This document shows positions 8,830 to 17,893 of a stretch of 31,961 nucleotides of DNA, piece after piece. This stretch comes from Nitrospinales bacterium. GTDB taxonomy: Bacteria > Nitrospinota > Nitrospinia > Nitrospinales > JAJDAT01. The notes below the pieces were generated by a model. The model saw only the letters and a list, made by a program, of their open reading frames with translations. It was not told the DNA's origin and did not search any database. Made by a program: the position numbers and the translations under genes. Position 1 is the stretch's first letter, and every line of letters starts with the position of its first letter. The stretch spans positions 1 through 31,961 of the forward strand of contig JBHHYO010000025.1 of assembly GCA_046757665.1 (NCBI GenBank). Direction: 5' to 3'.

Positions 8830-10266
8830 ATGGGCGTAGAAATGCGGTTGAATTTGAAGCTGAGCCAGAAGCTGGTGATGACACCCATGCTTCAGCAGGC
8901 GATCAAATTATTGCCCCTCGCCCGCCTGGAACTGGCTCAACTGGTTCGCCAGGAAATTATCGAAAACCCGGTCCTCGAAGAAGATGTTGAGGACGAATTT
9001 ACCAAAACCGATGAAAGTTCAACCGGCGAAGATTCTTCCGAAGCCGGCCCGGAGTCAACGGCTGAAGATAACAACTCCGACCCGGAAATAGACTGGGAAA
9101 ATTATATTCAAAATCATATCGACCAGGGGATGCCCATGGAGAACTATTCCGCCGGCAGTGGCGTGGATCGGCCTTCCATCGAGGCGACTTTCAAAAAAGA
9201 GCCCACTCTCGCCGACCACCTCTCCTGGCAACTCCATATGACCGTAGATTCCGACCAGGATAAATTCATCGGATACTGCATTATCGGCAACATACAAAAT
9301 GACGGTTACCTCAACATCGACATGGAGGAACTTGAAACTCTTTGCCAGGCAAGCGAAAAGGATATCCTGCGGGTACTCAAAATCATCCAGACGTTCGAGC
9401 CTACCGGCGTCGGAGCCCGGTCTCTCAAGGAATGTTTATTGATCCAGGCCAAGGCGTTGCCCAAACCAAATCCCCTGGTCGAGCAACTGATCGAATCTTA
9501 CCTGGAAAGGCTGGACCGGCGGCACGTGCAAAAAATCGCCTCGGAACTCAAAACCGGCGTTCAGGACGTCGTTGAAGCCATCGGCCAAATTCAGGAATTT
9601 TGCCCCAAACCCGGATTCGAATATATCTCCGAGGGGACGGATTACATTACCCCCGACCTCATCGTCATCAAAACCGACGAAGGATACGATGTGACGCTGA
9701 GCGACGGCGAAGTCCCGCGGTTGAGAATCAATCCCTATTACCAGAACCTTTTGAAAAGCACCCAGGAGGAAAAAACCCGGGAATATTTGGAAAACAAGTA
9801 CCGTTCCGCCATCTGGTTGATTAAAAGCATCGACCAAAGACGGCAGACCATTTATAAAGTCGGCAAGAGCATCACAAAACTTCAAAAAGAATTTATGGAT
9901 CAAGGGCTGTCTTATCTCCAACCCATGGTCTTGCGCGACGTGGCGGAGGATATCAATATGCACGAGTCCACCGTGAGTCGTATTACCACCAACAAGTACA
10001 TAGATACCCCGCAGGGGATTTTTGAACTCAAGTTTTTCTTTCACAGCGGCATCAAATCCTACATGGGAAATACGCTGTCCTCTGTCCGCGTCAAGAACAT
10101 GATCAAGGAGCTGGTCCGGGATGAAGATGCCGAAAAACCTTATACCGACGATCAAATGGTGAAAATTCTGGGCAGGAAAAACGCCAAAATCGCCCGCAGA
10201 ACCATAACCAAATATCGGAAAGAGCTTAATATTCCTCCTGCCAGTAAGAGAAAAAATTTGTTTTAA
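8830..10266 (+). CDS. rpoN: RNA polymerase sigma-54 factor
   Basis: Region I (LSQKLVMTPMLQQAIKLL), HESTVSR, ELKFFF and the RpoN box ARRTITKYR. Confidence 0.98.
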   Translation: MGVEMRLNLKLSQKLVMTPMLQQAIKLLPLARLELAQLVRQEIIENPVLEEDVEDEFTKTDESSTGEDSSEAGPESTAEDNNSDPEIDWENYIQNHIDQGMPMENYSAGSGVDRPSIEATFKKEPTLADHLSWQLHMTVDSDQDKFIGYCIIGNIQNDGYLNIDMEELETLCQASEKDILRVLKIIQTFEPTGVGARSLKECLLIQAKALPKPNPLVEQLIESYLERLDRRHVQKIASELKTGVQDVVEAIGQIQEFCPKPGFEYISEGTDYITPDLIVIKTDEGYDVTLSDGEVPRLRINPYYQNLLKSTQEEKTREYLENKYRSAIWLIKSIDQRRQTIYKVGKSITKLQKEFMDQGLSYLQPMVLRDVAEDINMHESTVSRITTNKYIDTPQGIFELKFFFHSGIKSYMGNTLSSVRVKNMIKELVRDEDAEKPYTDDQMVKILGRKNAKIARRTITKYRKELNIPPASKRKNLF

Positions 10267-10282
10267 ATCATTTTGTCAAGGC

Positions 10283-10309
10283 TTGAATTTAAACGCCGGA
10301 CACTATAAT
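10283..10309 (+). promoter_or_regulatory. Possible internal sigma70 promoter for hpf
   Basis: Perfect TATAAT at 10304-10309, with TTGAAT 15 nt upstream (short spacer). Confidence 0.4.
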
Positions 10310-10349
10310 CTCGCGTTTGCCAAATCGAATTTTCACCAGGAGTTGTGTT

Positions 10350-10682
10350 ATGAATTTGACGATTACGGGGAAAAATATAGAGGTTACGGAAGGCATCAAA
10401 ACCCATTTGACCCACAAAATGGGTAAAACCATTGACGGGCTGGAAGAACATGCGGACGTTCATGTGATTTTAGCCGCCGAGAAACACCGGCATTCAGCGG
10501 AAATAATTGTTACGACCAAAGGACTTTCCCTCAACAGTAAGGACGAAACCGATGACTTGTACGTTGCCATGGACCATGCTTTGGAAAAGATGGAAAAGCA
10601 ACTGAGGAAACACAAGGATCGGGTGCGTAGTCTGAAAAGAAAAGGCCATAAGGCAGAAAAGAAGAAGCTCGACAGACTCTGA
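10350..10682 (+). CDS. hpf: Ribosome hibernation promoting factor (short HPF/RaiA)
   Basis: MNLTITGKNIEVTEGIK...DLYVAMD...KMEKQLRKHK; RBS AGGAG; follows rpoN. Confidence 0.95.
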   Translation: MNLTITGKNIEVTEGIKTHLTHKMGKTIDGLEEHADVHVILAAEKHRHSAEIIVTTKGLSLNSKDETDDLYVAMDHALEKMEKQLRKHKDRVRSLKRKGHKAEKKKLDRL

Positions 10683-10753
10683 AAACAGTGCGTCCGGAAG
10701 GCAGGTATCCGTCGCATGGAGATTGAGTTGAATCCCTCTAATCCGTTTTTTTG

Positions 10754-11218
10754 ATGAAAATCAGCGAGATTCTGAAAAAGGATTTTGTTATCGCCGAGTT
10801 GCCGGGTAAGGACAAACCGGGCATTTTGCGGGAATTATCGGGTTTCCTTAAAAATAAAGGGGTCGTCAAGGACCAGGAAACTCTCTACCAGGCGCTCATG
10901 GATCGTGAAAACCTGGGGAGCACCGGGATCGGGGAAAATGTGGCCGTGCCACACGCCAAATCCGCTGAAATTGACCGCGTCATTATTCTGTTTGCCCGGT
11001 CAACTGCGGGCATCGATTTTGCGGCGCTGGATGAAAAACCGGTCCATTTTGTCTGTCTACTCATCGCGCCTTCCAATTCGACCGGCCTTCACTTGAAAGC
11101 GTTGGCCCGAATGTCCAGGTTGTTAAAAAACGAAAAGCTTCGCCAGGATATTCTGAACGCCAACGGTGTTGATGAGATTTATTCGATTCTTTTGGAAGAA
11201 GACTCCCGTTTTATTTAG
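10754..11218 (+). CDS. ptsN: PTS EIIA (Ntr/Fru-type) regulatory protein
   Basis: RENLGSTGIGENVAVPH (phospho-His), GIDFAALD and HLKALA. Confidence 0.93.
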   Translation: MKISEILKKDFVIAELPGKDKPGILRELSGFLKNKGVVKDQETLYQALMDRENLGSTGIGENVAVPHAKSAEIDRVIILFARSTAGIDFAALDEKPVHFVCLLIAPSNSTGLHLKALARMSRLLKNEKLRQDILNANGVDEIYSILLEEDSRFI

Positions 11219-11307
11219 TCCGTTCGGTGAGGACGGCATGGGGTTTTCGTCCCGCCCGCTCCGCGCGCAGGAGATTTCGGGAAAGTGGTCACTGTAAGGA
11301 GCCATCC

Positions 11308-13074
11308 GTGTTAAAAGGAATTGCGGTATCCAAGGGGATTTCCTTTGGCAAAACCTATTTGATCGACCGGTCCAAAGTCTGTATTTTCAAACGGCAGATC
11401 ACGCCGGATCAGGTCGAGGAAGAAATCAAACGGTTCCAGGAAGCCATCGCACATTCCAAAACGCAGCTTCAGGAAATCAAAAAACGTGCCGGCAAGGTGG
11501 GGGACAAGTATTCCGTCATCCTCGATACCTACTCTTTGTTGCTGGAAGATGAAATTCTGGTCAAAGACACCGTGGGAAACATCCGCTCGGAATGCTTGAA
11601 TGCCGAATACGCTCTGACGCTGACTTTGGAAAAGTTTATGAAATTGTTCGACAACATCAACGACGAGTATCTGCAGGGGAAAAAAGACGACCTCGAACTT
11701 GTCGTCCAGCGGATCATCAGAAACCTGGTGGGACACCAGGAGGAAAGCCTGGACGAAATTGACGAGCCGGTTGTGGTGATCGCGCACGAACTGCGGCCCA
11801 CCGACATGTTGATCATGAACAAAAGTTTTATTAAGGGAATTGCTACCGAAGCGGGCGGGAAAACTTCCCATGTCGGCATCCTGGCCTCGGCATTGGGGAT
11901 CCCGGCAGTTGTCGGCGTCAAGGGTATCACCGGGAAAATTCATTCCGGGGAAAACATTATTATTGACGGCATTGACGGCCATGTGATCGTCAATCCCAAC
12001 ACTGAAGAAAATAAATATTACCTCAAAAAACAGGAAAATTTCCTGTTCTACGAACAAAAGCTTCTGGAAGATATCAAGTTGGCGGCGGAAACTCCGGATG
12101 GGTGCAAGATCAAGTTGATGGCCAATATTGAATCGACCCACGAAATCAAGTCATTGCAAAAGTTTGGCGCGGAAGGGGTTGGTTTGTACCGGACGGAATT
12201 TCTGTACCTGGGGCGAAACGCCTTCCCCAGTGAAAACGAATTGTACGAGAATTTCAAGAAAGTGGTTCAAGGAGTGGACCCGCATCCGGTCGTCATTCGC
12301 ACCTTGGATATCGGCGGCGACAAAATCATGCATACCATGGACCTGGGCGAGGAGAACAACCCGGCCTTGGGTTTGCGGGGCATCCGCTTGTCGCTCACCT
12401 ATCCGGAAATTTTCCTGAACCAGATCAAGGCCATTTTGCGGGCAAGCCTTTTTGGCAAAGTAAAAATCCTCTACCCGATGGTTTCGTACGTTGATGAAAT
12501 CATTGAAGCCGACAAACTCCTGGAACAGGCCAAAACCGAACTGCGTGCCGGGCAAATTCCGTTTGATGAAGAAATTGAAGTCGGCGCCATGATCGAAACT
12601 CCCGCTTCCGCGGTTTGTGTGGGCCATATCCTGGAGCATGTCGATTTTATCAGCATCGGTACCAATGACCTGATCCAGTATGTTCTTGCGGTGGACCGCA
12701 TCAACGAAAATGTCGCTCACCTGTACCAGCCGTTTCACCCTTCGGTGATCAAATTTCTGAAAGATATTTTTTCCGCCGCGGAGAAGGCCGGTAAAAAAGT
12801 CAGCGTCTGTGGAGAGTTGGGGGGCGACCCTCTGGCAACTCAGCTTATTCTGGGGCTGGGCAAGGTGGATGAGTTGAGCATGGTTCCCCACTCAATCCCA
12901 AAAGTCAAAAAAATCATTCGCAGTATCAATTTGGACGAAGCAAAACAAATGGCGGACCATGTCCTGGGCCTGTCTTCCACCGAGGAAATTAACCGCTATA
13001 TCACTCATGAAATGAGGAAAAAATTTCCTTCCGATTTCGACAGGGATTTGAGTTTTGAAGAAAATATCAGTTGA
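11308..13074 (+). CDS. ptsI: Phosphoenolpyruvate-protein phosphotransferase (PTS enzyme I, no GAF domain)
   Basis: GGKTSH (phospho-His), GVGLYRTEF, RTLDIGGDK, NPALGLRGIR, SIGTNDLIQY and VCGE; AAGGAG RBS before the GTG. Confidence 0.96.
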   Translation: MLKGIAVSKGISFGKTYLIDRSKVCIFKRQITPDQVEEEIKRFQEAIAHSKTQLQEIKKRAGKVGDKYSVILDTYSLLLEDEILVKDTVGNIRSECLNAEYALTLTLEKFMKLFDNINDEYLQGKKDDLELVVQRIIRNLVGHQEESLDEIDEPVVVIAHELRPTDMLIMNKSFIKGIATEAGGKTSHVGILASALGIPAVVGVKGITGKIHSGENIIIDGIDGHVIVNPNTEENKYYLKKQENFLFYEQKLLEDIKLAAETPDGCKIKLMANIESTHEIKSLQKFGAEGVGLYRTEFLYLGRNAFPSENELYENFKKVVQGVDPHPVVIRTLDIGGDKIMHTMDLGEENNPALGLRGIRLSLTYPEIFLNQIKAILRASLFGKVKILYPMVSYVDEIIEADKLLEQAKTELRAGQIPFDEEIEVGAMIETPASAVCVGHILEHVDFISIGTNDLIQYVLAVDRINENVAHLYQPFHPSVIKFLKDIFSAAEKAGKKVSVCGELGGDPLATQLILGLGKVDELSMVPHSIPKVKKIIRSINLDEAKQMADHVLGLSSTEEINRYITHEMRKKFPSDFDRDLSFEENIS

Positions 13075-13145
13075 CCATCAAGCCGTTTTAAGCAGGCTGT
13101 TGCAATCGAGCGCTTTACTAACATTTTACGGATAGGAACATCTCC

Positions 13146-14306
13146 ATGAGCATTGGCAATTTCTTATTTACGTCCGAATCGGTTTCAGAAGGACATCCCG
13201 ACAAAATCGCCGACCAGGTTTCCGATGCGATTCTCGATGCGATTCTGGCAAAGGATCGAAACGCAAGGGTGGCCTGCGAGACCCTGGTTAAAACGGGGTT
13301 TGTCGTCGTCGCAGGAGAAATCACCACCAAGTGTTATGTGGAAATTCCCGATGTTGTCCGGGACACCATCGAAAATATCGGCTATTCCCATTCCGACATG
13401 GGGTTTGATTTTGAAACCTGCGGAGTTCTCGTGGCTTTCGACAAGCAATCCAAGGATATTGCCCGCGGCGTGGATGACGACAAAAAAGAGCAGGGGGCGG
13501 GCGATCAGGGCATGATGTTCGGCTACGCCAGCAACGAAACCAAAGAATTGATGCCCATGCCGATCATGTTCGCCCATAAGCTTGTGCGGCGATTGGCCGA
13601 GGTTCGGAAAAAAGGGATACTCCCTTATCTGAGACCGGATGGCAAATCGCAGGTTTCCGTCCGTTATGAAAACGGTAAACCGGTTTGCATAGAAACCGTG
13701 GTGGTCTCCACCCAGCATGACACAAAAATTTCTTATAAAAAACTTTGTGCAGAGCTTGCCGAACAGGTGATTCACGCGACCATCCCCAAACGCTTTCAGC
13801 ATAACAAGATGAAAATTCACATTAATCCCACGGGGAAATTCGTTATCGGCGGGCCCCAGGGTGATTGCGGGTTGACGGGACGCAAAATCATCGTTGACAC
13901 CTACGGGGGATTCGGTCGCCATGGCGGCGGGGCGTTTTCCGGCAAGGATCCGACAAAAGTGGACCGATCTGCCAGTTATATGGCTCGTTATATCGCTAAA
14001 AATCTGGTCGCCGCAAAGGTTGCCGACCGCTGTGAGGTGCAATTGGCCTACGCTATTGGTGTTGCTGACCCCGTATCGGTTTGCGTGGATACTTTCGGTA
14101 CCGCCCATGTTGATCCGGGTATTCTCGAAGATTTGGTGAGGAGCCACTTTAAGCTAAAACCAGCCGAGATCATCAAATCGTTGGACCTTAGAAAACCCAA
14201 GTACACTCCCACCGCCGCTTATGGGCATTTTGGCAGAAACGAACCAGGGTTCACATGGGAAAAAACGGACAAGGCCAAAGCTTTGCGGAAGGACGCCGGT
14301 TTATAA
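13146..14306 (+). CDS. metK: S-adenosylmethionine synthetase
   Basis: [28 protein letters not shown] and AAYGHFGR. Confidence 0.99.
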   Translation: MSIGNFLFTSESVSEGHPDKIADQVSDAILDAILAKDRNARVACETLVKTGFVVVAGEITTKCYVEIPDVVRDTIENIGYSHSDMGFDFETCGVLVAFDKQSKDIARGVDDDKKEQGAGDQGMMFGYASNETKELMPMPIMFAHKLVRRLAEVRKKGILPYLRPDGKSQVSVRYENGKPVCIETVVVSTQHDTKISYKKLCAELAEQVIHATIPKRFQHNKMKIHINPTGKFVIGGPQGDCGLTGRKIIVDTYGGFGRHGGGAFSGKDPTKVDRSASYMARYIAKNLVAAKVADRCEVQLAYAIGVADPVSVCVDTFGTAHVDPGILEDLVRSHFKLKPAEIIKSLDLRKPKYTPTAAYGHFGRNEPGFTWEKTDKAKALRKDAGL

Positions 14307-14438
14307 AATACGGTCCGGGCCGCCGGAGCAGACGGGGGATGGGGAAATCACGGGGGAGATTTTTATTACACCCCGGGCTCGATTTTTTCCCAAAGAACAG
14401 CCAGTATCCCATGCGGGGAAACAAGTTAACCGCCAACG

Positions 14439-16097
14439 ATGAGTGATGCCCAAGGCATTTCCAAAACCTCCGTCCGGCGTGGGCTGGTCCTCGGCCTGGT
14501 AATCTCCCTGCTGGCGCTTCTCCTCGCCCAGGCCGTTTTGAGTATGCGGCTCAAGGTCCTCACCTACGATGAGAACTACTACCTGCCCGCAGGCTACAGC
14601 TATCTGACAACCGGCGATTTCAGGATGATAACCGATCATCCACCGCTAATCCCTCTATTGTCGGGGTTGCCGCTGTTGCTCCTTGACGTTAACTTCCCCG
14701 CCGATAGTGAGTTATGGAAGAACAATACCGATAAATTCGCCTTCGGTAGCTTGCTCCTTTACGGCTCGGGCAACGACGCGGACGCAATGGCGTTTTGGGG
14801 CCGCATGTCGATGGTGTCGTTATCCATTCTACTTGCGGTTTACGTTTTTTTGTGGGCGGAAAAACTTTACGGAACACGCGCCGGTTTTCTGGGGCTGTTC
14901 CTCTATGTATTCAGTCCCAATATGCTGGCGTACTCTCGGCTGGTCACGCCCGATTTTGGGGTCGCCTGTTTTATGTTCATCGCCTGTTATCACCTCCGGA
15001 CATGTCTCGAAAACACGGTTGTTGGAAACCTTGTTTGGGCTGGAGTATTTACGGGGTGCGCCCTGGCGACCAGTTATTCCGCCTTCCTGCTGTTCCCGGT
15101 TTTTCTGTTGATGCTCGGATACAAGACGGCTTTTTTAAAAGCGTCGCCGCAACAGCATCCGGTTTTTCCTGGCGCCGCCCGCGTGTTGAGTCGCACGGCC
15201 ATCGTTATGGTTGTTGCGGTGGCAATAATTTTTGCGGCGCACATGTTTCGGGAAGACGCTTTGCAAATTTACGTCCAGTGTCTGAAAACCCTGCAAGTGG
15301 ATTATTGGGCAAAAGATGCTGTAGGCGCCCATTTTGTCAATCCGGATTATCGTTATTACCTGAACGGCGAGTTTTCCGCCCAGCCCTGGTGGTATTACAG
15401 CCTCGTCGTTTTTTTAGTTAAGACCCCGATTTCGGTTTTAATCCTGCTGGTGGCGGCTGTTTTTTTCCTAAGGAAAAATAAGGCGGATGTTTATCATGAA
15501 CTTTGGCTGATCGTTCCTGTTTTCTTGACACTGGGCGCGACTTTTTTCGATGTTACCAACCTGGGGTTAAGACGGATTTTGACGGTTTACCCTTTTCTAT
15601 TTGTTTTTGTGAGCAAGGTTGCGGCGGTCCAGGGACCCGCGAAAACATGGTTTGCAAAAGAAACGGTGCGAAGACCGCTTCTGCTTATTTTGGCGGGATG
15701 GTATCTCGCCGCGTCCCTGACGATTTTCCCCGATTATCTGAGTTATTTTAATGCGGCCGCCGGCGGGCCGAGGAAAGGGTTAGCCTATCTGGACGATTCC
15801 AATGTCGATTGGGGGCAGGACCTCAAAGGACTGAAAGCATATATGGTGAAACATAAGATTCCCAAAATAAAGTTGCTGTATTTTGGCACCTCGGACGCAA
15901 ATTATTACCAAATTAACTGGCAACCCATCCTCGACTCTGAACTGTATGAGCAACCTTTGCCGGGATACTACGCCATAAGTGCGCACATTCTGGTTCGGCT
16001 CAAGCTGGAAAAATTGAAACGCGGCGGCAGGGATTGGCTGGAAGAATTTACGCCGCTGGATGTTATCGGCCATACGATTTATATCTACAAATTTTAA
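14439..16097 (+). CDS. GT-C fold membrane glycosyltransferase (ArnT/PMT-2, GT39/GT83-like)
   Basis: TYDE acidic motif in the first external loop, HPPL, many TM helices, and a DSNVDWGQDL C-terminal domain. Confidence 0.88.
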   Translation: MSDAQGISKTSVRRGLVLGLVISLLALLLAQAVLSMRLKVLTYDENYYLPAGYSYLTTGDFRMITDHPPLIPLLSGLPLLLLDVNFPADSELWKNNTDKFAFGSLLLYGSGNDADAMAFWGRMSMVSLSILLAVYVFLWAEKLYGTRAGFLGLFLYVFSPNMLAYSRLVTPDFGVACFMFIACYHLRTCLENTVVGNLVWAGVFTGCALATSYSAFLLFPVFLLMLGYKTAFLKASPQQHPVFPGAARVLSRTAIVMVVAVAIIFAAHMFREDALQIYVQCLKTLQVDYWAKDAVGAHFVNPDYRYYLNGEFSAQPWWYYSLVVFLVKTPISVLILLVAAVFFLRKNKADVYHELWLIVPVFLTLGATFFDVTNLGLRRILTVYPFLFVFVSKVAAVQGPAKTWFAKETVRRPLLLILAGWYLAASLTIFPDYLSYFNAAAGGPRKGLAYLDDSNVDWGQDLKGLKAYMVKHKIPKIKLLYFGTSDANYYQINWQPILDSELYEQPLPGYYAISAHILVRLKLEKLKRGGRDWLEEFTPLDVIGHTIYIYKF

Positions 16098-16108
16098 AGA
16101 GGTCAACC

Positions 16109-17890
16109 GTGGGGCGGGTAATTCAGCGCGGCATTCCAAAAGTCAGCACCCCCTTGGCTCTTGCCCTCATAACGTTGGTGGGGTTTCTCGGCTACAGCAA
16201 CACCTTTGATGCCTCTTTTCATTTCGATGATCGTCCGACCATCATCGACAATCCGGCTATCAAAGACCTCGGAAACCTCCACAGGCTCTGGTTGTTTTAT
16301 CCTTCCCGGTTTGTTGGCTTTTTGAGCTTTGCGTTGAACTATCGCCTGGGTGGGACGAACCCTTTCGGTTATCACGGGGTGAATTTTTTGCTCCATGTTT
16401 TTACCGCCTTTTTGGTGTTCAAGTTGGCGGGGTTAATTGGAGAGGCGATGGTAGTCCGGCAAACCGCAGGTGGGAGAGTGCCGAAACAACAGACAGTCGA
16501 TCCGGATTCGGAGTTGTGGCGGCGGTCTGTTTGCGCCTTGCTGATTGCACTGATTTTTGTCGGCCATCCCATCCAGACCCAGGCGGTCACCTATATTACG
16601 CAACGGTTTGCGTTGTTGTCCGCGTTTTTTTATCTGGCGGCCATGGTGTTTTATTTGAAGTTTATCCTTAACCGTACCGCCGAGGAAACCAGACCCAAGG
16701 CATCGACTTGTTATGCGCTGTCCCTGGTGTCGGCGGTTGTGGCAATGTTTTGCAAACAAAATGCGTTTACACTGCCTTTTGCCATCGTTCTTGTGGAATG
16801 TTTTTTCGGCGCTTCTTCGTCAAAGCACGACAGAGCCCGGTTATGGCGTTTGGCGCCATTTCTTTTGACTCTGGCGATCATCCCCACCGCCATTTTATTG
16901 GGCGGCGATTTCGACCAGCGCAAAATTCTGGGTCTGGAGGAGGGCCGTCCATCCCGGAGCCAATACTTTTTTACCCAGTTCAGCGTGTTGACGACTTACC
17001 TGCGGTTGCTGTTTTTTCCCATCAACCAGAATCTGGATTACGATTATCCGGTATCGTTCGGCCTTTTTGAGTGGCCGACGATAGGGTGCTTTTTGTTGTT
17101 GGTGGGAATCTTTGTGTTGGGCGTACAGTTGTTTAAAACACACCGTCCGGTTTCCTTTGGGATTCTGTTCTTTTTTTTGGCGTTTTCGGTGGAGTCGTCC
17201 TTCATTTCTCTGGATAACGTCATCTATGAGCATCGGCTCTATCTACCGTCGGTTGGATTTTTTATTGCTTTGATGTTTGGGTTTTTTCACGTTGTCGGAA
17301 AACCTGCCATCTTCAAATTGACGGGATTCTTTTTGGGATTGCTGGTGGTCATTTTTGTCATAGGTACATATCACCGGAACCAGGTGTGGAAGGATGAGGT
17401 GACGCTGTGGGCGGATGTGGCCGCGAAATCTCCGGGAAAGGGCAGGGCACATTACAATCTGGGATTGGCGCTGGCTTTGAGGGGGACTGTCGGACCGGCG
17501 GTCATGGAATACAACCGGGCGTTGACCATTGATCCAAAAAACGTGGAGGCACGGCTCAACCTGGGTGTGGCGTATTTGCAAATGAACTTTCCGGAAAAAG
17601 CCGTCGAACAATACCGCTTGGCCCTGGCGTTGCGGCCGGATTATGCCGACGCCTATTACAACCTCGGTGTGGCCTATGCTCAATTAGAGAAAAAGGACAA
17701 GGCGGCGGCGTATTACCGGAAAACCCTGAGCATCGATCCGGGATACGCGAAGGCTCACAACAATCTTTCAGTTTATTATTATTTCCGGGGTGAGTTCGGC
17801 AAGGCGATTGATCATGCGGACCGCGCCCGGCAGGAGGGTTATGGCGTGCATCCGGAGTTTTTGGAGCTTTTGAAGCCCTATCGGCGCTGA
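16109..17890 (+). CDS. TMTC-like GT-C membrane protein with C-terminal TPR repeats (putative O-mannosyltransferase)
   Basis: FHFDD motif after TM1, HPIQTQAVTYITQR, EHRLYLPS, RNQVW, then about 4 TPRs. GTG start with AGAGG RBS. Confidence 0.88.
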   Translation: MGRVIQRGIPKVSTPLALALITLVGFLGYSNTFDASFHFDDRPTIIDNPAIKDLGNLHRLWLFYPSRFVGFLSFALNYRLGGTNPFGYHGVNFLLHVFTAFLVFKLAGLIGEAMVVRQTAGGRVPKQQTVDPDSELWRRSVCALLIALIFVGHPIQTQAVTYITQRFALLSAFFYLAAMVFYLKFILNRTAEETRPKASTCYALSLVSAVVAMFCKQNAFTLPFAIVLVECFFGASSSKHDRARLWRLAPFLLTLAIIPTAILLGGDFDQRKILGLEEGRPSRSQYFFTQFSVLTTYLRLLFFPINQNLDYDYPVSFGLFEWPTIGCFLLLVGIFVLGVQLFKTHRPVSFGILFFFLAFSVESSFISLDNVIYEHRLYLPSVGFFIALMFGFFHVVGKPAIFKLTGFFLGLLVVIFVIGTYHRNQVWKDEVTLWADVAAKSPGKGRAHYNLGLALALRGTVGPAVMEYNRALTIDPKNVEARLNLGVAYLQMNFPEKAVEQYRLALALRPDYADAYYNLGVAYAQLEKKDKAAAYYRKTLSIDPGYAKAHNNLSVYYYFRGEFGKAIDHADRARQEGYGVHPEFLELLKPYRR

Positions 17891-17893
17891 GGA

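Noticed and set aside
13075-13145. SAM riboswitch upstream of metK
   Set aside because: The 71-nt gap has no SAM-I or SAM-II consensus that I can recognise.
14316-14331. 16-mer CGGGCCGCCGGAGCAG nearly repeated at 26584-26599, both just downstream of stop codons
   Set aside because: Short, GC-rich and only two copies with a mismatch; compatible with chance.
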